Source of the DNA: an uncultured Acidobacteriota bacterium
GTDB lineage: Bacteria > Acidobacteriota > Vicinamibacteria > Vicinamibacterales > JAKQTR01
NCBI GenBank assembly: GCA_963806085.1
Contig: CAWDWR010000003.1
Span: 778,590 to 842,589, forward strand
DNA length: 64,000 bases
Direction of reading: 5' to 3'
A program made the translations under genes and the position numbers. Below are positions 61,850-64,000 of this stretch, in pieces. Numbering within the stretch: the stretch's first letter is position 1; each line of letters begins with the position of its first letter. The notes below the pieces were generated by a model. That model was not told the DNA's origin, ran no database searches, and saw only the letters and a list, made by a program, of their open reading frames with translations.

Positions 61850-63596
61850 ATGCGATACCTGCGGATGCTCACGAATTCGGTGATCGGGGGGACTGGCGTT
61901 CGCCCTCTATCTCACGATTCTCGTGCTGCAGATCAACCCGGGCTACCCGTTGATGAGCATCCAGGGCCTCGCGGCCACGCTCGTTCTGTCCTACGGCTTT
62001 CACACGGCCACGGTTTTCTACGTGCTGATCGTGCTGCGGCAGTTGCTGGCCACCGAGGTGATTTCGCCGGGCTGGATCAGCTTCAGGTTCCTCGTCTGGC
62101 TCTGTTCGGCCAGTGCCGGGGCGGCGACGCTGCTGACCTGGGTGAACCTCCGCGATCTTGCGCCCTTCATGGATCCCGAGGCCGTCACGCGGATGACCGG
62201 CGGCGCCGTCGTGCTGACGGTCTGCGCGGGCATCATGCTCGCGCTGGCCCTCGGGCACCGGTGGGCCGGGCGCCACAGCTCCAGGCCCGGCGCGGTGGTG
62301 CTGGCCGCGGCCTTGATGGCGTCAATCGCGGGGCCGCTGATGCTCCGGGGCCCGGGTGCGGAGCCGCTGAGGGCGGCCCGGTGGCCGGCCGCGGCGCCCG
62401 GAGGCCGCTGGCCCGGGCGGCGAGTCCCGGGTCGTCATGGTCCTGCTCGAGGGCGCGTCGCTCGATCTGATCGCCCCGGCGGCCGTCGAGGGGCGTTTGC
62501 CGAACTTCGAACGCCTGCTCGAGCGCGGCGCCTCGCTGCACCTGGCCACGATGCGGCCCACGCAGCCCGCGCCGGTCTGGGCGTCGGCGGCCACCGGCAA
62601 GCTGCCGCTACAAGAACGGCATCCGGTCATCCGCCACCTATACGCCGCTGGCGAGCGCCGACGCCATCGAGGTGCTGCCCGACTACTGTTATTCCCATGC
62701 GCTGGTGGAGTACGGGTTCCTCCGCGAGCAGGTGCACGAGAGCCGCGACCTGACGGCGCGTGCCGCTCTGGAGCGTGCTCGGAGCGCAGGGCGTGCCGGT
62801 GGGCGTCGTGAACTGGTCGGTGACCCAGCCGGCGCGCGACGTGCGGGGCTACCTCGTGTCGGACCAGTTCGAGCGCCGGTACGCGACGGTGGTCGACGTC
62901 GAGAACATCGGGGTGATTTCGCCCAGGACGCCACGGCGGTGGCCGTGGCGGCCGCCGGCGAAGCCCGCCGCGCCGAACCGGTGCCGCCGCCCAGGGCGTC
63001 GGATGATGCCGGCCAGTCCGTCGCGCATCCCTGCGCCGCCGACCGTGTCCACGAACAGATTGCCGCCGAGCTCGATCGGCGCATGCCCAGCCGCTTCCAG
63101 GCCGTCCGCTACGAATGCCTGGACGCGGCCGGCCACTACTTCCTGCGGTACGCCGGTCCCGAGGGCGTTCGGCGACGTGTCAGACGCGGAACTGCAGCGG
63201 TACGGCGGTGTCCTGATCGCGCACTATGCGGCAGCCGACCAGATGCTCGGGCGGGTGATGGCCGGCCTGCGGCCGGGCGACCTGCTGCTGGTGGTCTCCG
63301 GGTTCGGCATGGAGCCGATGAGCATCGGCAAGCGGCTGCTCGAACGCACGGTCGGCAACCCCGAGCCGAGCGGCACCCACGAACCCGCGCCCGACGGGTT
63401 CCTCTTCGCGTATCGGCACCGACGTCAGGCCCGGGCCGATTGCCGCGCGGGTCGGTCGTGGACATCGTGCCGACGATCCTCTACTTCTTCGGCCTGCCGG
63501 TCGGCCGGGACATGGACGGCTTCGCCCGCACGGACATCTTCGCGCCGGCCTTCAGCGAGGGCCGGCCCATCACGTACATTCCGACGCTACGAGTAG
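61850..63596 (+). pseudogene. membrane-anchored alkaline phosphatase-superfamily protein (type I phosphodiesterase/nucleotide pyrophosphatase-like); about ten frame breaks
   Basis: N-terminal TM region (ORFs 61850, 61923). VLLEGASLD...LPNFERLLERG...TQPAPVWASAATG (ORF 62437). Later pieces lie in ORFs 62672 and 62760 (...VVSGFGMEP..., ...VDIVPTILYFFGLPVGRDMDG). The probable end is ...IPTYE at TAG 63594..63596. Confidence 0.6.
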
Positions 63597-63634
63597 GGGC
63601 TGGGGACTCGGGGCTGGGGGACTGGGGGGCTGGG
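63596..63634. repeat. tandem heptamer array (GGGGCTG GGGACTC GGGGCTG GGGGACT GGGGGGC ...); left arm of a wide inverted pair
   Basis: Direct reading. It starts at the last base of the upstream stop codon. Confidence 0.85.
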
Positions 63635-63794
63635 AATCAGGCTCTCCGATTCCCGTTCGAATCTGCTACACTGTCGTGGCTCTTTAACGGCGGTACGAGA
63701 TACCGCAAAGAGGATAGATGTTGCGTTGCACACCGCCACCCGAGCTCCGCGTTCTTGCGAGGTCGGGTGTTCTTCTGTACAGCTCGATTCCCAT

Positions 63795-63832
63795 AATCCC
63801 CGAGCCCCTGGTCCCCGATCCCCAGTCCCCCC
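63795..63832. repeat. complementary heptamer array (AATCCCC GAGCCCC ..GTCCCC GATCCCC AGTCCCC); right arm, ~160 nt from the left arm
   Basis: Direct reading. It ends at the GGAGG Shine-Dalgarno sequence of pyrR. Confidence 0.85.
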
Positions 63833-63842
63833 GGAGGTCCCA

Positions 63843-64000
63843 GTGCCCATCCTGATGGACAGTGAGCGCATCGGCCGATCGCTGACCCGCATCGCGCACG
63901 AGATCGTCGAGCGCAATCGCGGCGTCGGCGACCTCGCGCTGGTCGGCGTGCGCACGCGCGGCGTGCCGATCGCGCGGCGGCTGGCCGCGATCCTGCGTGA
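63843..64000 (+). CDS. pyrR: bifunctional pyrimidine operon regulator / uracil phosphoribosyltransferase PyrR (5' part only)
   Basis: GTG after [51 protein letters not shown]. Runs off the window. Confidence 0.8.
   Translation, partial: MPILMDSERIGRSLTRIAHEIVERNRGVGDLALVGVRTRGVPIARRLAAILR

Noticed and set aside
61783-61872. Repeat-encoded peptide extensions: the pyrK extension RIPNPES..., the hydrolase N-terminus GAGGWGLGAG at 34670-34745, and the read-through of the AlkP-family gene to 63796.
   Set aside because: In each case a conventional start or stop with good family-typical termini exists outside the array. The repeat translation is a by-product of stop-free GC-rich heptamers.
63635-63842. 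Canonical PyrR-binding attenuator in the pyrR leader.
   Set aside because: The nearest match (CCGCAAAGAGGAT) departs from the UCCAGAGAGG core as I remember it. No terminator/antiterminator pair with a U tract is evident.

Overview
This is a 64-kb chromosomal window from a bacterium with roughly 68-70% G+C (judged by eye). The gene content and order would fit a Gram-negative soil lineage such as Acidobacteriota, but that cannot be proven from the sequence. I can support about 60 protein genes, one tRNA(CAU) and one IS481-family insertion sequence. I found no rRNA, CRISPR array, prophage, or recognisable complete defence or biosynthetic cluster.

Most genes are housekeeping:
- yebC-ruvCAB, fabH, queA and lgt
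- tilS-ftsH-folP-cdaA-cdaR-glmM
- a class I aldolase, rpe and a bifunctional aldolase/SDR
- pdxJ, nth and queE-queC-alaX
- dacB and a GldAFG-like ABC system with a DUF4340 protein
- pal and pyrF/pyrD/pyrK/pyrR

Accessory content is limited to mazEF next to an orphan Dam-type methylase, the IS481 copy, and a P1B metal ATPase convergent with a CNNM/CorC gene.

Two properties dominate the window:
1. About half of the genes are interrupted by single-base frame breaks. Traced by hand, nearly all behave as +1 insertions, and they occur in blocks that alternate with perfectly intact blocks. The most likely cause is consensus or assembly error, so I list these genes as pseudogene 'as sequenced', giving outer boundaries only.
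2. Eight intergenic loci carry tandem 7-nt repeat arrays. Most are arranged as inverted pairs that would fold into long hairpins. One array is split by the IS, and two near-identical elements bracket the ATPase/CNNM pair.

The most interesting gene-level oddity is a LysW-like zinc-ribbon protein with a hyper-acidic tail. It appears to be translationally coupled to a LarE-family PP-loop sulfur transferase and a GT-C-type membrane protein.

Everything here was done by eye from the sequence and the ORF track. Positions of internal frame shifts, repeat boundaries and alternative start codons are approximate (about +/-2 nt).
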